64,000 nucleotides of DNA from Candidatus Giovannonibacteria bacterium (GTDB lineage Bacteria > Patescibacteriota > Minisyncoccia > UBA11713 > 2-01-FULL-45-33): positions 586,629 to 650,628 of the forward strand of contig CP066687.1 of assembly GCA_016432405.1 (NCBI GenBank). The letters run 5' to 3'. Below are positions 37,999 through 47,901 of the stretch, piece after piece. Below the pieces are notes generated by a model. It saw only the letters and a program-made list of their open reading frames with translations. It did no database searches and was not told the DNA's origin. Every line of letters begins with the position of its first letter. The stretch's first letter is position 1. Made by a program: the position numbers and the translations under genes.

Positions 37999-38105
37999 GG
38001 CGTCCTCAAAATATCATGCGCGCCTACCCTTCTGCTAATTTTTTTATATTATCTGGGAGCGCCGCGTAATCCTCATCAAACGACTTAGTTGTGAGGATAT
38101 GCATA

Positions 38106-38360
38106 TTATTTTTTTGATCGTATTTTGGTTTTCTTTAAATGCCCAATTAAATCTCGCGCGGAAAAAAATGGGCCAGAAACCTTTCCTTTAACTATATCTT
38201 GGTCCGCCTCCAGTTCTTTTTTTTGCCACTCCGGCGTCCAAAACCACTCTTCGCCTTTGCGTATTTGCACGGCTTTTTTAAGCATATTAAACTCTTCGTA
38301 CTCCTTTTTGGGTATTAAGACAAACTCTCCCTTTTTTGGAACTGTGATTATATTGTTCAC
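38106..38360 (-). CDS. hypothetical small protein
   Basis: ORF only; no recognised domain. Confidence 0.3.
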   Translation of the reverse strand: MNNIITVPKKGEFVLIPKKEYEEFNMLKKAVQIRKGEEWFWTPEWQKKELEADQDIVKGKVSGPFFSARDLIGHLKKTKIRSKK

Positions 38361-38450
38361 ATAAATACTATATCATACCCAACAAAAAATTCAAAATATC
38401 GCGATTTATACCCCGTTTCGGCTTTTATTTCTTCAGTCAACTTTTCTCCA

Positions 38451-39683
38451 TCAATAATCATAATTTTTCAAAATCTTATCTATTTTTTGAGCGATTTTTT
38501 TCATGTCTTCTTCTTTCATCCCTTGAGTAGTTACGGTGGCAGCGCCAATGCGGATGCCGGATGGGTCAAAGGGAGAACGGGTGTCGTAGGGAATCGTGTT
38601 TTTGTTCACGATGATTTTTTTTGCCTCCAAAAGCTCTTGCGCGGTTTTGCCGGAAAGCCCACTTGCCCAAGTGTCCACCAAAAATAAATGCGAATCCGTG
38701 CCGCCGGAAATTATCCGCCAGCCGCGCCTTTGAAGCTCGCGCGCCAAAGCTCGCGCGTTTCTCACAACTTGCCTAGCATATTTTTTAAAATTCGGGTTCA
38801 TTGCTTCTTTCAGGCAAACAGCCACTGCCGCAATCTGATTTTCGTGCGGCCCGCCTTGTAAACCCGGGAAAACTGCTTTATCTATTAAATCGCTTATTGA
38901 AAACCTCCCCTTTATCCCCTCCTTGGTAATGAGGGGAGGGGGGAGGTATACATCTCTTCTTGAAAAAATTATCGCGCTTCTCGGCCCGCGCAAGGTCTTG
39001 TGCGTTGTTGTTGTAACAACATCCGCGTATTTGAATGGCGAGGGATATACTCCGCCGGCAACGAGCCCAGCGAAATGCGACATATCCACCATTAAAAGCG
39101 CTTTCACCTCGTCGCAAATTTTTCTCAATTTTTTAAAATCAATAACTTGCGAATAAGCCGTAAATCCGGCGACTATCATTTTTGGTTTCGCGCGGCGTGC
39201 CGTTCTGCGGATTTCATCGTAATCCAAAAGTTCCGTTTTTTTTGAAACGCCAAAATGAATCCAATTCCAAAGTTTTCCGGTCGCCGAAACTTTATGCCCA
39301 TGCGTCAAATGCCCGCCCATTGAAAGCGACATTCCCATAATCTTCCCACCCAAAGGAACAAGTGCCAGGTATACAGCAAGATTTGCCGGCGAGCCAGAAT
39401 ACGGTTGGACATTAACGGACCATCCGCCGGCTGGCGGATTTAGAGATAATTTGAAAAGTTTTAGCGCCCGTTCCTTCGCCAAATTTTCAACTTTGTCTAC
39501 AATTTCATTTCCGCCGTAATACCTTTTACCCGGATATCCCTCGGCATATTTGTTTGTAAAAACAGAGCCCAGCGCCCGCAAAACATCTTTTGAAACATAA
39601 TTTTCAGACGCGATTAAATTAATCACGCCGCGCTGTCGTTTCTCCTCCAGTTTTATTAAGCGTTCTATCTCTTTATCTTTCAT
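38451..39683 (-). CDS. glyA: serine hydroxymethyltransferase
   Basis: PLP-binding region TTTTHKTLRGPR and conserved VFPGLQGGPHE. Confidence 0.9.
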   Translation of the reverse strand: MKDKEIERLIKLEEKRQRGVINLIASENYVSKDVLRALGSVFTNKYAEGYPGKRYYGGNEIVDKVENLAKERALKLFKLSLNPPAGGWSVNVQPYSGSPANLAVYLALVPLGGKIMGMSLSMGGHLTHGHKVSATGKLWNWIHFGVSKKTELLDYDEIRRTARRAKPKMIVAGFTAYSQVIDFKKLRKICDEVKALLMVDMSHFAGLVAGGVYPSPFKYADVVTTTTHKTLRGPRSAIIFSRRDVYLPPPLITKEGIKGRFSISDLIDKAVFPGLQGGPHENQIAAVAVCLKEAMNPNFKKYARQVVRNARALARELQRRGWRIISGGTDSHLFLVDTWASGLSGKTAQELLEAKKIIVNKNTIPYDTRSPFDPSGIRIGAATVTTQGMKEEDMKKIAQKIDKILKNYDY

Positions 39684-42628
39684 ATCACAAAATTTATAAG
39701 CCGTTTTGGGACAAAAATAATTTTACTCGGCTTCTTATCGCCCAAAATAAATTTAACTTTTGCGCGAGATAAAGACAAGCGCTCTGCCTCGGCTTCCGTG
39801 ATATTCACAGGCGCATCAAACTTGTCGCGTACCTTGCCGTTGATTTGGACGATCAGTTGGAAAGTGTTTTCTTGAATTAATTTCGCGTCATATTTTGGCC
39901 ATTCTTCAAGATGAATAGATTTTTTATTGCCGAGCTTTGACCAAATTTCTTCAGTAAGATGCGGAGCGAAAGGAGCGAGAAGTTTGAGAAAATAATAAAA
40001 TTCATTTTCAAAAACATCTCCTGTATGCTCATAACTCTCAAGCTCATACGACAAAACCATTAAATGAGAAATTGCCGTATTAAAATGGAATCCATCTATA
40101 TCCTCGCTTACCTTTTTTATGGCCTTATGAATGCTTCGTTGTATTGATTTAGTAGTTTGTTCATGATCGAATGGAAGATGTTCTTTAAGCATTTCTTCTC
40201 GGCTTTTGAATTTCTTTTTACTTATCTTATCGGCTAAGGAAAGAACTTTATTATCCAAAAATCTTTTAATTCCTAGAATCCCTTGCGGATTCCAAGGATA
40301 CGAGCCGGCTTCGTTATACGGGCCGATAAACGCCAAATACATCCGTACCGTGTCCGCGCCAAATTTGGCGACATATTCGTCCGGGTCAACCACGTTGCCT
40401 TTTGATTTGGACATTTTCTGTCCGTCCGGCCCTAAAATAATCCCGCGGTTTCTTCTTTCTTTGTACGGCTCATCCCCAAGCTCTTTGGGGATTAGCCCTA
40501 AATCGTACATCGCCTTATAAAAAAATCTGGAATACAAAAGATGCATAGTCGTATGCTCCGCGCCTCCGGAATATAAATCCACCGGCATCCAGTCTGCTGC
40601 CCTGAGCTTATCGAAGGGCTTCCTGCTGTTGTTTGGATCCGTATATCTCAAAAAATACCATGATGAATCAACAAAAGTATCCAGCGTATCGGTTTCGCGC
40701 TCGGCCTCGCCACCGCATTTCGGGCATTTCATTCTTAACCATTTTTCGGCTTTAGCTAAAGGAGATTTTCCTTCTCCGGTCGGCAGATAATCTTTGATTT
40801 CCGGCAATAAAACCGGCAAGTCCTTTTCCGGCGCGGCAACCGCGCCGCATTTTTCGCAATGAATTATCGGGATCGGCACTCCCCAATAACGCTGGCGCGA
40901 CACAACCCAATCCCGAAGTTTGTATTGCGTTTTGATTTGTCCACCAACAAACTTTGTAATTTCCAATTTTGCTTCTTCAGAATCTAGATTAGAAAATTTA
41001 CCAGAATCAATTAATTTTCCTCCGCCCAGCCAGATATAACTATCGCTTTTTAATCTCTCCCAAAACATTTCTGAATATCGAGAATCGCCAGCAACAGAAC
41101 CTTTTTTCAGAAACGGCAACACATCTTTTTCATTGACCCACAAGATATCATGCTTCTTGTATTCTTCATCTGACACAACTCCTTGCGTGCCGTCAATAAG
41201 CTCCAAATACATACCATATCCAAAAACATGCTGGTTTAAGTGCTTATGTGGAGCGTAAAAATCAGAAATATTTGGCCCACCAAGATATTTTACAAAACGA
41301 ACTTTTGTATATCCAGTTTCTTCTTTTATTTCCCGAATCATCGCATTTACATAATCTTCATTGGGTTCAACACCCCCAGTAATGAATCCGGTCCAACCAT
41401 TTTTCCAATCAAGCATCAAATATTTATTTTCAGACCAGTGCTTAACAATTCCAACCCCAATAATTCTATTTTTAGTTTCAACTTCAGATCGCGGTTTGCT
41501 ATTTTTAGTTGTGTCCAGAAAATATGGGGCGATAACATATTTCACCGGGATTTTAAACTTATTGGCAAACTCAAAATCGCGCTGGTCGTGCGCGGGGACG
41601 GCCATAATCGCGCCGGTTCCGTAACCCATAAGCACATAATCTGCGATCCAAATGGGAATTTCTTCTTGGTTTACGGGGTTAATTGCTTTGACACCCTTTA
41701 ATTCAACTCCCGTCTTTTCTTTTTCTTCTTTTTGCCTTTGCAGCTGTGTCTTTTGCTTGGCTTTCTTAATATACATTTGGACTTCGTCCCAATTTTCAAT
41801 TTTCAATTTCAAATTTTCAATTAAGGAATGTTCCGGCGCCAATACCATATAAGTCGCCCCGAAAAGCGTATCGGGACGAGTGGTAAAAACTTTAATTGAA
41901 AATTGAGAATTAGAAATTGAAAATTTTATCTCTGTGCCCTCCGACTTTCCTATCCAATTTTTTTGGGCTTCTTTGATTTCTTCTTTCCAGTTTAATTTTT
42001 CAAGACCAGCCAAAAGTTTTTCGGCGTAATCGGTAATTTTAAGCATCCATTGCTTCATATTTTTTTGCACAACCTCCGAGCCGCACCTTTCGCACTTTCC
42101 GCCAACTACCTGCTCGTTTGCGAGCACGGTTTTATCTTTTGGGCACCAGTTTACCGGCGTCTCCGCCTGGTACGCCAGCCCTTTTTCAAAAAGTTTTAAA
42201 AAAATCCACTGGGTCCATTTGTAATATTCAGGGTCGGAAGTAATAACTTCGCGGGCCCAATCAAAAGACGCGCCCATGGACTTAATTTGCTTCCGCATAT
42301 AATCAATATTTTCATAAGTCCATTTTTTGGGGTTAATTTTCCGCTGGATGGCGGCGTTTTCCGCCGGAAGACCGAAGGCGTCAAAACCGATCGGGAATAA
42401 AACATTTTTCCCCTCCATCCTTTTTTTCCGCGCGAAAATATCCGGCACGGAAAAAGCGTACCAATGGCCGGTATGGAGATTCCCCGAAGGATATGGAAAC
42501 TCTACTAAAGCATAAAAATTATCAGCTCCGTTTTTTTTGTCGGGCGTTTTATAAATCCCCGATTTTTCCCACTCCTTTTGCCATTTCTTCTCTATTTTTT
42601 TATGGTCATAGGAAGCCATATTGGCCAT
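39680..42628 (-). CDS. leuS: leucyl-tRNA synthetase (with inserted Nudix domain)
   Basis: HIGH-type motif NLHTGH, editing-domain markers TTRPDTLFGATY and AVPAHDQRDFEFA, KMSKS; Nudix box GGVEPNEDYVNAMIREIKEETGY inserted. Confidence 0.9.
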   Translation of the reverse strand: MANMASYDHKKIEKKWQKEWEKSGIYKTPDKKNGADNFYALVEFPYPSGNLHTGHWYAFSVPDIFARKKRMEGKNVLFPIGFDAFGLPAENAAIQRKINPKKWTYENIDYMRKQIKSMGASFDWAREVITSDPEYYKWTQWIFLKLFEKGLAYQAETPVNWCPKDKTVLANEQVVGGKCERCGSEVVQKNMKQWMLKITDYAEKLLAGLEKLNWKEEIKEAQKNWIGKSEGTEIKFSISNSQFSIKVFTTRPDTLFGATYMVLAPEHSLIENLKLKIENWDEVQMYIKKAKQKTQLQRQKEEKEKTGVELKGVKAINPVNQEEIPIWIADYVLMGYGTGAIMAVPAHDQRDFEFANKFKIPVKYVIAPYFLDTTKNSKPRSEVETKNRIIGVGIVKHWSENKYLMLDWKNGWTGFITGGVEPNEDYVNAMIREIKEETGYTKVRFVKYLGGPNISDFYAPHKHLNQHVFGYGMYLELIDGTQGVVSDEEYKKHDILWVNEKDVLPFLKKGSVAGDSRYSEMFWERLKSDSYIWLGGGKLIDSGKFSNLDSEEAKLEITKFVGGQIKTQYKLRDWVVSRQRYWGVPIPIIHCEKCGAVAAPEKDLPVLLPEIKDYLPTGEGKSPLAKAEKWLRMKCPKCGGEAERETDTLDTFVDSSWYFLRYTDPNNSRKPFDKLRAADWMPVDLYSGGAEHTTMHLLYSRFFYKAMYDLGLIPKELGDEPYKERRNRGIILGPDGQKMSKSKGNVVDPDEYVAKFGADTVRMYLAFIGPYNEAGSYPWNPQGILGIKRFLDNKVLSLADKISKKKFKSREEMLKEHLPFDHEQTTKSIQRSIHKAIKKVSEDIDGFHFNTAISHLMVLSYELESYEHTGDVFENEFYYFLKLLAPFAPHLTEEIWSKLGNKKSIHLEEWPKYDAKLIQENTFQLIVQINGKVRDKFDAPVNITEAEAERLSLSRAKVKFILGDKKPSKIIFVPKRLINFVI

Positions 42629-42640
42629 TATACCTATTTT

Positions 42641-43411
42641 TTATCTTAATCCAAAAATCTTTATAGCGTTTTTTGTTGTAACTCCGGCAACTTTTTCAAA
42701 ATCTTTGCCCAAAATCTTAGCGATTTTTTGAGCGACTTCCTCCACATACAACGGCTCATTTCTCTGCCCCCGATGAGCCGTTGGGGCGACGTACGGCGAG
42801 TCGGTTTCCAAAAGAATGCGGTCTAACGGAATAAATTTGATCAATTTTTCGTACTCGCGGGCAAATGTAATCACTCCGCCGAAAGAAAAAGAAAATCCCA
42901 AGTCCATAAGCTTTTCGGCGTCTTCTATTGTGCCGGAAAAAAAATGGCAAACACCGGGGGAGATTAGCCTCCCCACATTATCTTTAAGTATTGCGATCAA
43001 ATCAGAAAATGCTTCTCTACAATGGATCATCAGCGGCTTTTTAATTTCGCGCGCAAGCCGGATATGCTTTATAAAAACTTCTTTTTGCTTTTCTTTTGTT
43101 TCCTCGGTCAAGCGGTAATAATCCAGCCCACACTCTCCTATCGCCACGATTTTGGAATCCGCAGCCAACTTTTTATAAAAATCATAATTAAATTCCTCGC
43201 GGATTTCAGTCGGATGGAGCCCGGCTGTCGCGAAAACCCCCGGCTCATATTTATGAGCTAAACCGACCGCTGCTTCGGACATGCGCCAGTCCGTGCCAAT
43301 ATTCACCATCCAAATACCCGCATCCAGCGCGCGGCGGATAACGGCGTCGCGGTCGCCGTCAAACGCCGAAAATTGCGCGTGGGTATGGACATCGATTAAG
43401 CGCGGGGTCAT
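42641..43411 (-). CDS. tatD: TatD family hydrolase
   Basis: MTPRLIDVHTHAQF metal-binding N-terminus typical of TatD. Confidence 0.8.
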   Translation of the reverse strand: MTPRLIDVHTHAQFSAFDGDRDAVIRRALDAGIWMVNIGTDWRMSEAAVGLAHKYEPGVFATAGLHPTEIREEFNYDFYKKLAADSKIVAIGECGLDYYRLTEETKEKQKEVFIKHIRLAREIKKPLMIHCREAFSDLIAILKDNVGRLISPGVCHFFSGTIEDAEKLMDLGFSFSFGGVITFAREYEKLIKFIPLDRILLETDSPYVAPTAHRGQRNEPLYVEEVAQKIAKILGKDFEKVAGVTTKNAIKIFGLR

Positions 43412-45009
43412 TTTTTTAGCCGCGGGAAGAGATGAGCAGCTTCTCCCACTCTAAATTCGCTCCAGCCCTTGTCTAATTTTCCATCCGCGCCCAAAGTTTT
43501 TAAAATTTTCTCCGCGGTATCGGGCAAAAAGGGCCTCATCATCCAAGCACAGGACGCCAAAGAATACGCCAGATGCCACAAGACGGCTTTAGCTCCTTCC
43601 GGGTCAGATTTTAATTTTTTGTACGGCTTATATTCTTCCACATATTCATCCATCCTCCCCAAAAATATCCAAACGGTTTTTATCGCCTGCGAAATATCGT
43701 AGGACTCCATCGCTTTTTTGTACGCCGGCCAAAGCATGCCGTCCACGACGGATGCCGGAGTGGTTTCCTCAAAAGCAAATTTCGCGGCGTCGCTTGCCAG
43801 AAAATTCAAATTTTTCTTCAAGGGATAATTGGCCAACTTAGATTCTTCCGGTTTGATAACCGCCGGGAAAGTGCTCAACATTTTTGCTACTCTGGAGAGC
43901 AGGTTACCAAGCCCGTTCACTAAAAAGCCGTCGTAAACGCTTTCAAAATGCTCCGGCGAGTAATCACTGTCGCTGAAAGTTGAAATTTCATGCGCCAGAT
44001 AAAATCTCACCGCCTCCGCCCCGTACTCCTCAATCAAAGGAAACGGGTCAATCACATTGCCGACACTTTTGGACATTTTTTCGCCTTTTACGTTAATAAA
44101 TCCGTGCACGAAAATGGTTTTAGGGAGCAAAAGCCCCGCCGACATCAGCATCGCCGGCCAAAAAATCGTGTGGAACTTAACAATATCTTTGCCGATGACG
44201 TGGACATCGGCAGGCCAATATTTCTCAAACCTCCCATCTTCTCCGCCGTACCCCAACGCCGTAATATAATTCGGCAAGGCGTCGCACCAAACATACATCG
44301 TCTGCGAAGTGTCCCCCGGCACCGGCACGCCCCACAAAATATCTTTGGATGGGCGTGAGAAACTTATGTCGCCGATTTCCTCCAGCATATTAAGCGTTTC
44401 TGTTTTGCGCCAATCCGGCAAAATTTGAAGCTCGCCGGATTCAATTTTTTTCTTGAGCGTTTCTTTATATTTCGTGAGTTTAAAAAAATAATTTTCTTCC
44501 TCCACCGCTTCCGGCGGTTTTTTGTGCAACTCGCAAACCCCGTCTTTTAAATCCTTTTCCGTAACAAACGCCTCATGGCCCACGCAGTAAAGCCCCTTAT
44601 AAAAACTTTTATAGATATCGCCGGAGCCGGCAAGTTTTTTCCAAAGAAGCTGCGCGCCCGGCCAGTGCCGTTTTTGGTCGGAAGTGTGGATAAAATCATC
44701 GTTGGAAATGTTAAGCTTGCCCAGCAAATCCTGAAAAATTTCGGCCAGGCCATCAACAAATTCTTTAGGCGTTTTCCCGGCCGCCTCCGCCGCTCTCATA
44801 ACTTTAGCGCCATGTTCGTCAGCTCCGGAAAGAAAAAACACGTCTTTTCCCGAAAGCCGGTTGTATCTTGCCAAAGTGTCCGCCTGCAGCGCTTCCAGCG
44901 CGAACCCCAGATGCGGCGGGGCGTTGAGATAAGGGATAGAAGTTGTAATATAAAATTTTTCTTTCTCCGGCATCAGTTTATCTTGGCCTGGCTTTTTTCG
45001 CCGCGACAT
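43408..45009 (-). CDS. metG: methionyl-tRNA synthetase
   Basis: YITTSIPYLNAPPHLGF (HIGH-type region) and KMSKSVGN. Confidence 0.85.
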   Translation of the reverse strand: MSRRKKPGQDKLMPEKEKFYITTSIPYLNAPPHLGFALEALQADTLARYNRLSGKDVFFLSGADEHGAKVMRAAEAAGKTPKEFVDGLAEIFQDLLGKLNISNDDFIHTSDQKRHWPGAQLLWKKLAGSGDIYKSFYKGLYCVGHEAFVTEKDLKDGVCELHKKPPEAVEEENYFFKLTKYKETLKKKIESGELQILPDWRKTETLNMLEEIGDISFSRPSKDILWGVPVPGDTSQTMYVWCDALPNYITALGYGGEDGRFEKYWPADVHVIGKDIVKFHTIFWPAMLMSAGLLLPKTIFVHGFINVKGEKMSKSVGNVIDPFPLIEEYGAEAVRFYLAHEISTFSDSDYSPEHFESVYDGFLVNGLGNLLSRVAKMLSTFPAVIKPEESKLANYPLKKNLNFLASDAAKFAFEETTPASVVDGMLWPAYKKAMESYDISQAIKTVWIFLGRMDEYVEEYKPYKKLKSDPEGAKAVLWHLAYSLASCAWMMRPFLPDTAEKILKTLGADGKLDKGWSEFRVGEAAHLFPRLKK

Positions 45010-46018
45010 CGTTTAAAAACTCAACCAGCACCGAAGCTATCGGCACGGAGAGAATTATGCCGTAAAATCCGCCCAAGGTGCCGCCGACCACCAGAGAAAT
45101 CACGACCAAAAGCGGCGGGACGCCGATGGTTTTTCGGACGACCAGAGGATAAATAAGATGGTTTTCAAACTGCTGGACGATTATAAAAAGCCCCAAAACC
45201 ATGAGCCCGGAAAGGGGCGCTTGTATAAATGCTATGGCAACCGCAGGGATGGCCGCCATCACCGGCCCGAAAACCGGGATTATTTCAAAAATCGCCGCAA
45301 GTATGGCCAGAGAAATTGCGTATTTGACGTTTAAAATCGTAAGCCCCAAAAATACCATAACCCCCACCAAAACGCCGAGTAAAATCTGCCCCTGGAGCCA
45401 CCTGCCTATTTTTCTTTGGGACCTCCGCCAAAGGTCCAAAATGTATTCTTCGTCTTCCAAGGGAGTTACGACGCGTAAAAAATTTTCTATGCCGTGCTCC
45501 TGCACGGACAAATAAAAAGAGATTACTATAAGCAAAACCAGCGACAAAATCCCGCCGAACAAAGCCGTGCCCGCGGAAAAAACCCCCGGCGCCAGCTCAA
45601 TAATATATTCTTCAATAGAAACCGCCGCGCCCGCCACAAATTTGCTGAACTCCTGCGGGATTTCCGGGAAAAGCAGGAAAAATGTTCCGCGCGGACCGAC
45701 GGCTCCTTCTATGTAAGCAGGAAGCGCGGAGAGAAATTCCAAAATGTCGCCGAAGAGCGGCGGAACGATTAAATAAAACACCAGCGCGAATGTCAAAAAC
45801 GCCGCCAAGTATATGAAAACTACGGAAAGCACGCGGGGGGCGCGGTATCTCGCGAAGAAATGATTCGCCGGCTCAATGGCGGAAGCAATAACTATGGAAA
45901 GCAAAAGCACCGCGATAAAATCGCGCAATAACCAAAGCGCCCACAAAAGCAAAACCAAAAGCGCGGCCTTAAGCATCGTCCAAAAGGAAATTTCTATGAT
46001 TTGGTTTTTCTGCGGCAT
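44978..46018 (-). CDS. AI-2E family transporter (PerM-like)
   Basis: ~8 TM helices with AI-2E/UPF0118-like organisation. Confidence 0.65.
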   Translation of the reverse strand: MPQKNQIIEISFWTMLKAALLVLLLWALWLLRDFIAVLLLSIVIASAIEPANHFFARYRAPRVLSVVFIYLAAFLTFALVFYLIVPPLFGDILEFLSALPAYIEGAVGPRGTFFLLFPEIPQEFSKFVAGAAVSIEEYIIELAPGVFSAGTALFGGILSLVLLIVISFYLSVQEHGIENFLRVVTPLEDEEYILDLWRRSQRKIGRWLQGQILLGVLVGVMVFLGLTILNVKYAISLAILAAIFEIIPVFGPVMAAIPAVAIAFIQAPLSGLMVLGLFIIVQQFENHLIYPLVVRKTIGVPPLLVVISLVVGGTLGGFYGIILSVPIASVLVEFLNDVAAKKARPR

Positions 46019-46020
46019 GG

Positions 46021-47292
46021 CTAAAGCGTGTTTAAAACTTTCTCAAAATCAGCCGTATTTTCTTCGGGGGTAATGGCGGCAAGATTGACTTTCTCGCGCC
46101 TGAAAACGTCCCTTACTACTCCCATGATATCACTTCTCCTTACTTTCTCAATTTTCGCCAAAATCTCCTGCGGCGTCATTATCTTATTATAAAAAAGTTC
46201 CTGCGAGGCCAAAAAGGTGGCAACCTCGTCAGTGGACTCAAATGCAAGTGACATGGAGCCGCGGGCGTATTCCTTGGCAAAGTTTATTTCCCGTTCCGTC
46301 ACTCCTCTTGCTTTCAGGTGCTTCAAAATACCAACTATTTTCTTAACCGTCTTTAAAAAATTCGCGTGGGCCACCCCGGCCGTAGCCAGCAAATACCCCG
46401 TGTCCGTGGCTTCGTCGGGAGAAGCGCCTACGTAATAAGCTAATCCTGCTTTTTCACGAATTTCCCTAAACAAGTAACTGGACATGTTACCGCCAAAAAT
46501 CGTTGTCAGAACCTGAAGAGCGTATCTCTTCTCGTCGTACATATCATAAGCCCGCAAAGCAAGGCGGAGGTGCGTTTGGTCAACATCTTTTTTCTTGAAT
46601 TCCACGGCGGGTTTTTTTTGGCGCTCAAAAACTTTTTCTTTGCGCAATTTTCTTGCTTGGGGCATTTTTAAAAACGCTTTTTCAACTTTTTTGAAAACCG
46701 CGTCCGGCTCCACATTGCCAGCAACGGCGATCACGGCGTTGGAAGTAATATAGTGGCTTTTTTTGTAATTAATAATATCCTCGCGCGAAATTCCTTTCAC
46801 CGTATTTGGCGTGCCAGCGATATCCCATCCCGCCGGCTGGTCGCCATAAAGCAGTTCCTCAATAAGCTCATAGGCCTGGCGCTGGGGGTTGTCTTCATAC
46901 ATTGCGATTTCCTGCAATACGACTCCCCTTTCTTTTTCAATCTCCGTTTTTTTAAAAATCGGCTCAATTAAAATATCCGAAACAATATCCAGTCCGATAT
47001 CAAAGTGTTTGGCGGACGCTTTTACGTAGTATCCAGTATATTCCTTAGAGGTAAATGCGTTTTTTTGAGCGCCGATGCGGTCAAATTCGCGGGAAATTTG
47101 ATCTGGAGTCGGCCTGCTTTTTGTGCCTTTAAAAAACAGGTGCTCCAAAAAATGCGAGATGCCGTTGATTTTTTTTGTCTCGTATTTGGAGCCCGTCCCG
47201 AAAAGCGCCCACAATGTCACCGCCTCGGTGTCCTTCATCGGCGCCACCACGCACCGCAGCCCGTTTTTGAAAGTTCTCTTCTCAAACTTCAT
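46021..47292 (-). CDS. M16 family zinc peptidase (insulinase-like)
   Basis: Inverted zinc motif HFLEHLFFKGT. Confidence 0.75.
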   Translation of the reverse strand: MKFEKRTFKNGLRCVVAPMKDTEAVTLWALFGTGSKYETKKINGISHFLEHLFFKGTKSRPTPDQISREFDRIGAQKNAFTSKEYTGYYVKASAKHFDIGLDIVSDILIEPIFKKTEIEKERGVVLQEIAMYEDNPQRQAYELIEELLYGDQPAGWDIAGTPNTVKGISREDIINYKKSHYITSNAVIAVAGNVEPDAVFKKVEKAFLKMPQARKLRKEKVFERQKKPAVEFKKKDVDQTHLRLALRAYDMYDEKRYALQVLTTIFGGNMSSYLFREIREKAGLAYYVGASPDEATDTGYLLATAGVAHANFLKTVKKIVGILKHLKARGVTEREINFAKEYARGSMSLAFESTDEVATFLASQELFYNKIMTPQEILAKIEKVRRSDIMGVVRDVFRREKVNLAAITPEENTADFEKVLNTL

Positions 47293-47321
47293 TCTTTAAA
47301 TTCTAACACAAAATTATAAAA

Positions 47322-47345
47322 ACAATAAGGGCGAGTCTCGCCCTT
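47322..47345 (-). terminator. terminator hairpin aagggcgag-tct-cgccctt (copy 1)
   Basis: Perfect 9-bp stem; T-run when read on minus strand; identical copy at 47679. Confidence 0.55.
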
Positions 47346-47427
47346 ATTTATTTCTTTCAATTATCCTTTTATCTTTTTGGGGCGCCCTCGGGAATCAGTA
47401 AAAACAAATAGGTTATTAAACCCACAA

Positions 47428-47529
47428 TCAATCCACACCGATCGCTACCCAAATCCCTTCGCTATGAAAATATGCCAATACCGCAACAAAAACGGCGGTG
47501 CCGAGCGCCCAACCCAATTTATTAAACAT
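47428..47529 (-). CDS. small hydrophobic peptide, 33 aa (MFNKLGWALGTAVFVAVLAYFHSEGIWVAIGVD)
   Basis: Perfect RBS aaggagga 4 nt before ATG; followed by terminator copy 1; not in ORF track. Confidence 0.35.
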   Translation of the reverse strand: MFNKLGWALGTAVFVAVLAYFHSEGIWVAIGVD

Positions 47530-47678
47530 TTGTCCTCCTTATCTGCACTAGCTCCACTTAAATTCTTATCTCTGTTTAAATTATAATCCCATCAAAATAC
47601 TTATCAAGCTCGGCAATTTTATGGCGTTCTTAACAAAATGTGCCGATCGGTCAAGTTTGTTAAGTTATGAAAAAACAA

Positions 47679-47702
47679 TAAGGGCGAGTCTCGCCCTTAG
47701 AA
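47679..47702 (-). terminator. terminator hairpin aagggcgag-tct-cgccctt (copy 2)
   Basis: Identical to copy at 47322, including flanking aacaataa. Confidence 0.55.
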
Positions 47703-47706
47703 TGCC

Positions 47707-47901
47707 TTAATTATCCTCTGGCGGGCTGTTTTTCGAAAGCTGAAGTTGCCTAGCCACCAATATACTAACAGCGCACAAAGCAAGAAAAATCATTGCGATT
47801 GCCCCAGGAGGACTCGCCAACGGAGCCTCTGGAGAATAAAGACATATATTAACCACGCTAACAAAAAAGACGATCGCAAGGATATAGAAAAATTTTATCA
47901 T
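47707..47901 (-). CDS. small hydrophobic membrane protein, 64 aa
   Basis: RBS ggaggg before ATG; two hydrophobic helices; followed by terminator copy 2. Confidence 0.4.
   Translation of the reverse strand: MIKFFYILAIVFFVSVVNICLYSPEAPLASPPGAIAMIFLALCAVSILVARQLQLSKNSPPEDN

Noticed and set aside
40800-41900. Apparent truncation of the LeuRS CP1 editing domain
   Set aside because: The spacing between TTRPDT and AVPAHDQRD (~95 aa) is the same as in E. coli LeuRS. Only the downstream Nudix insertion is extra.
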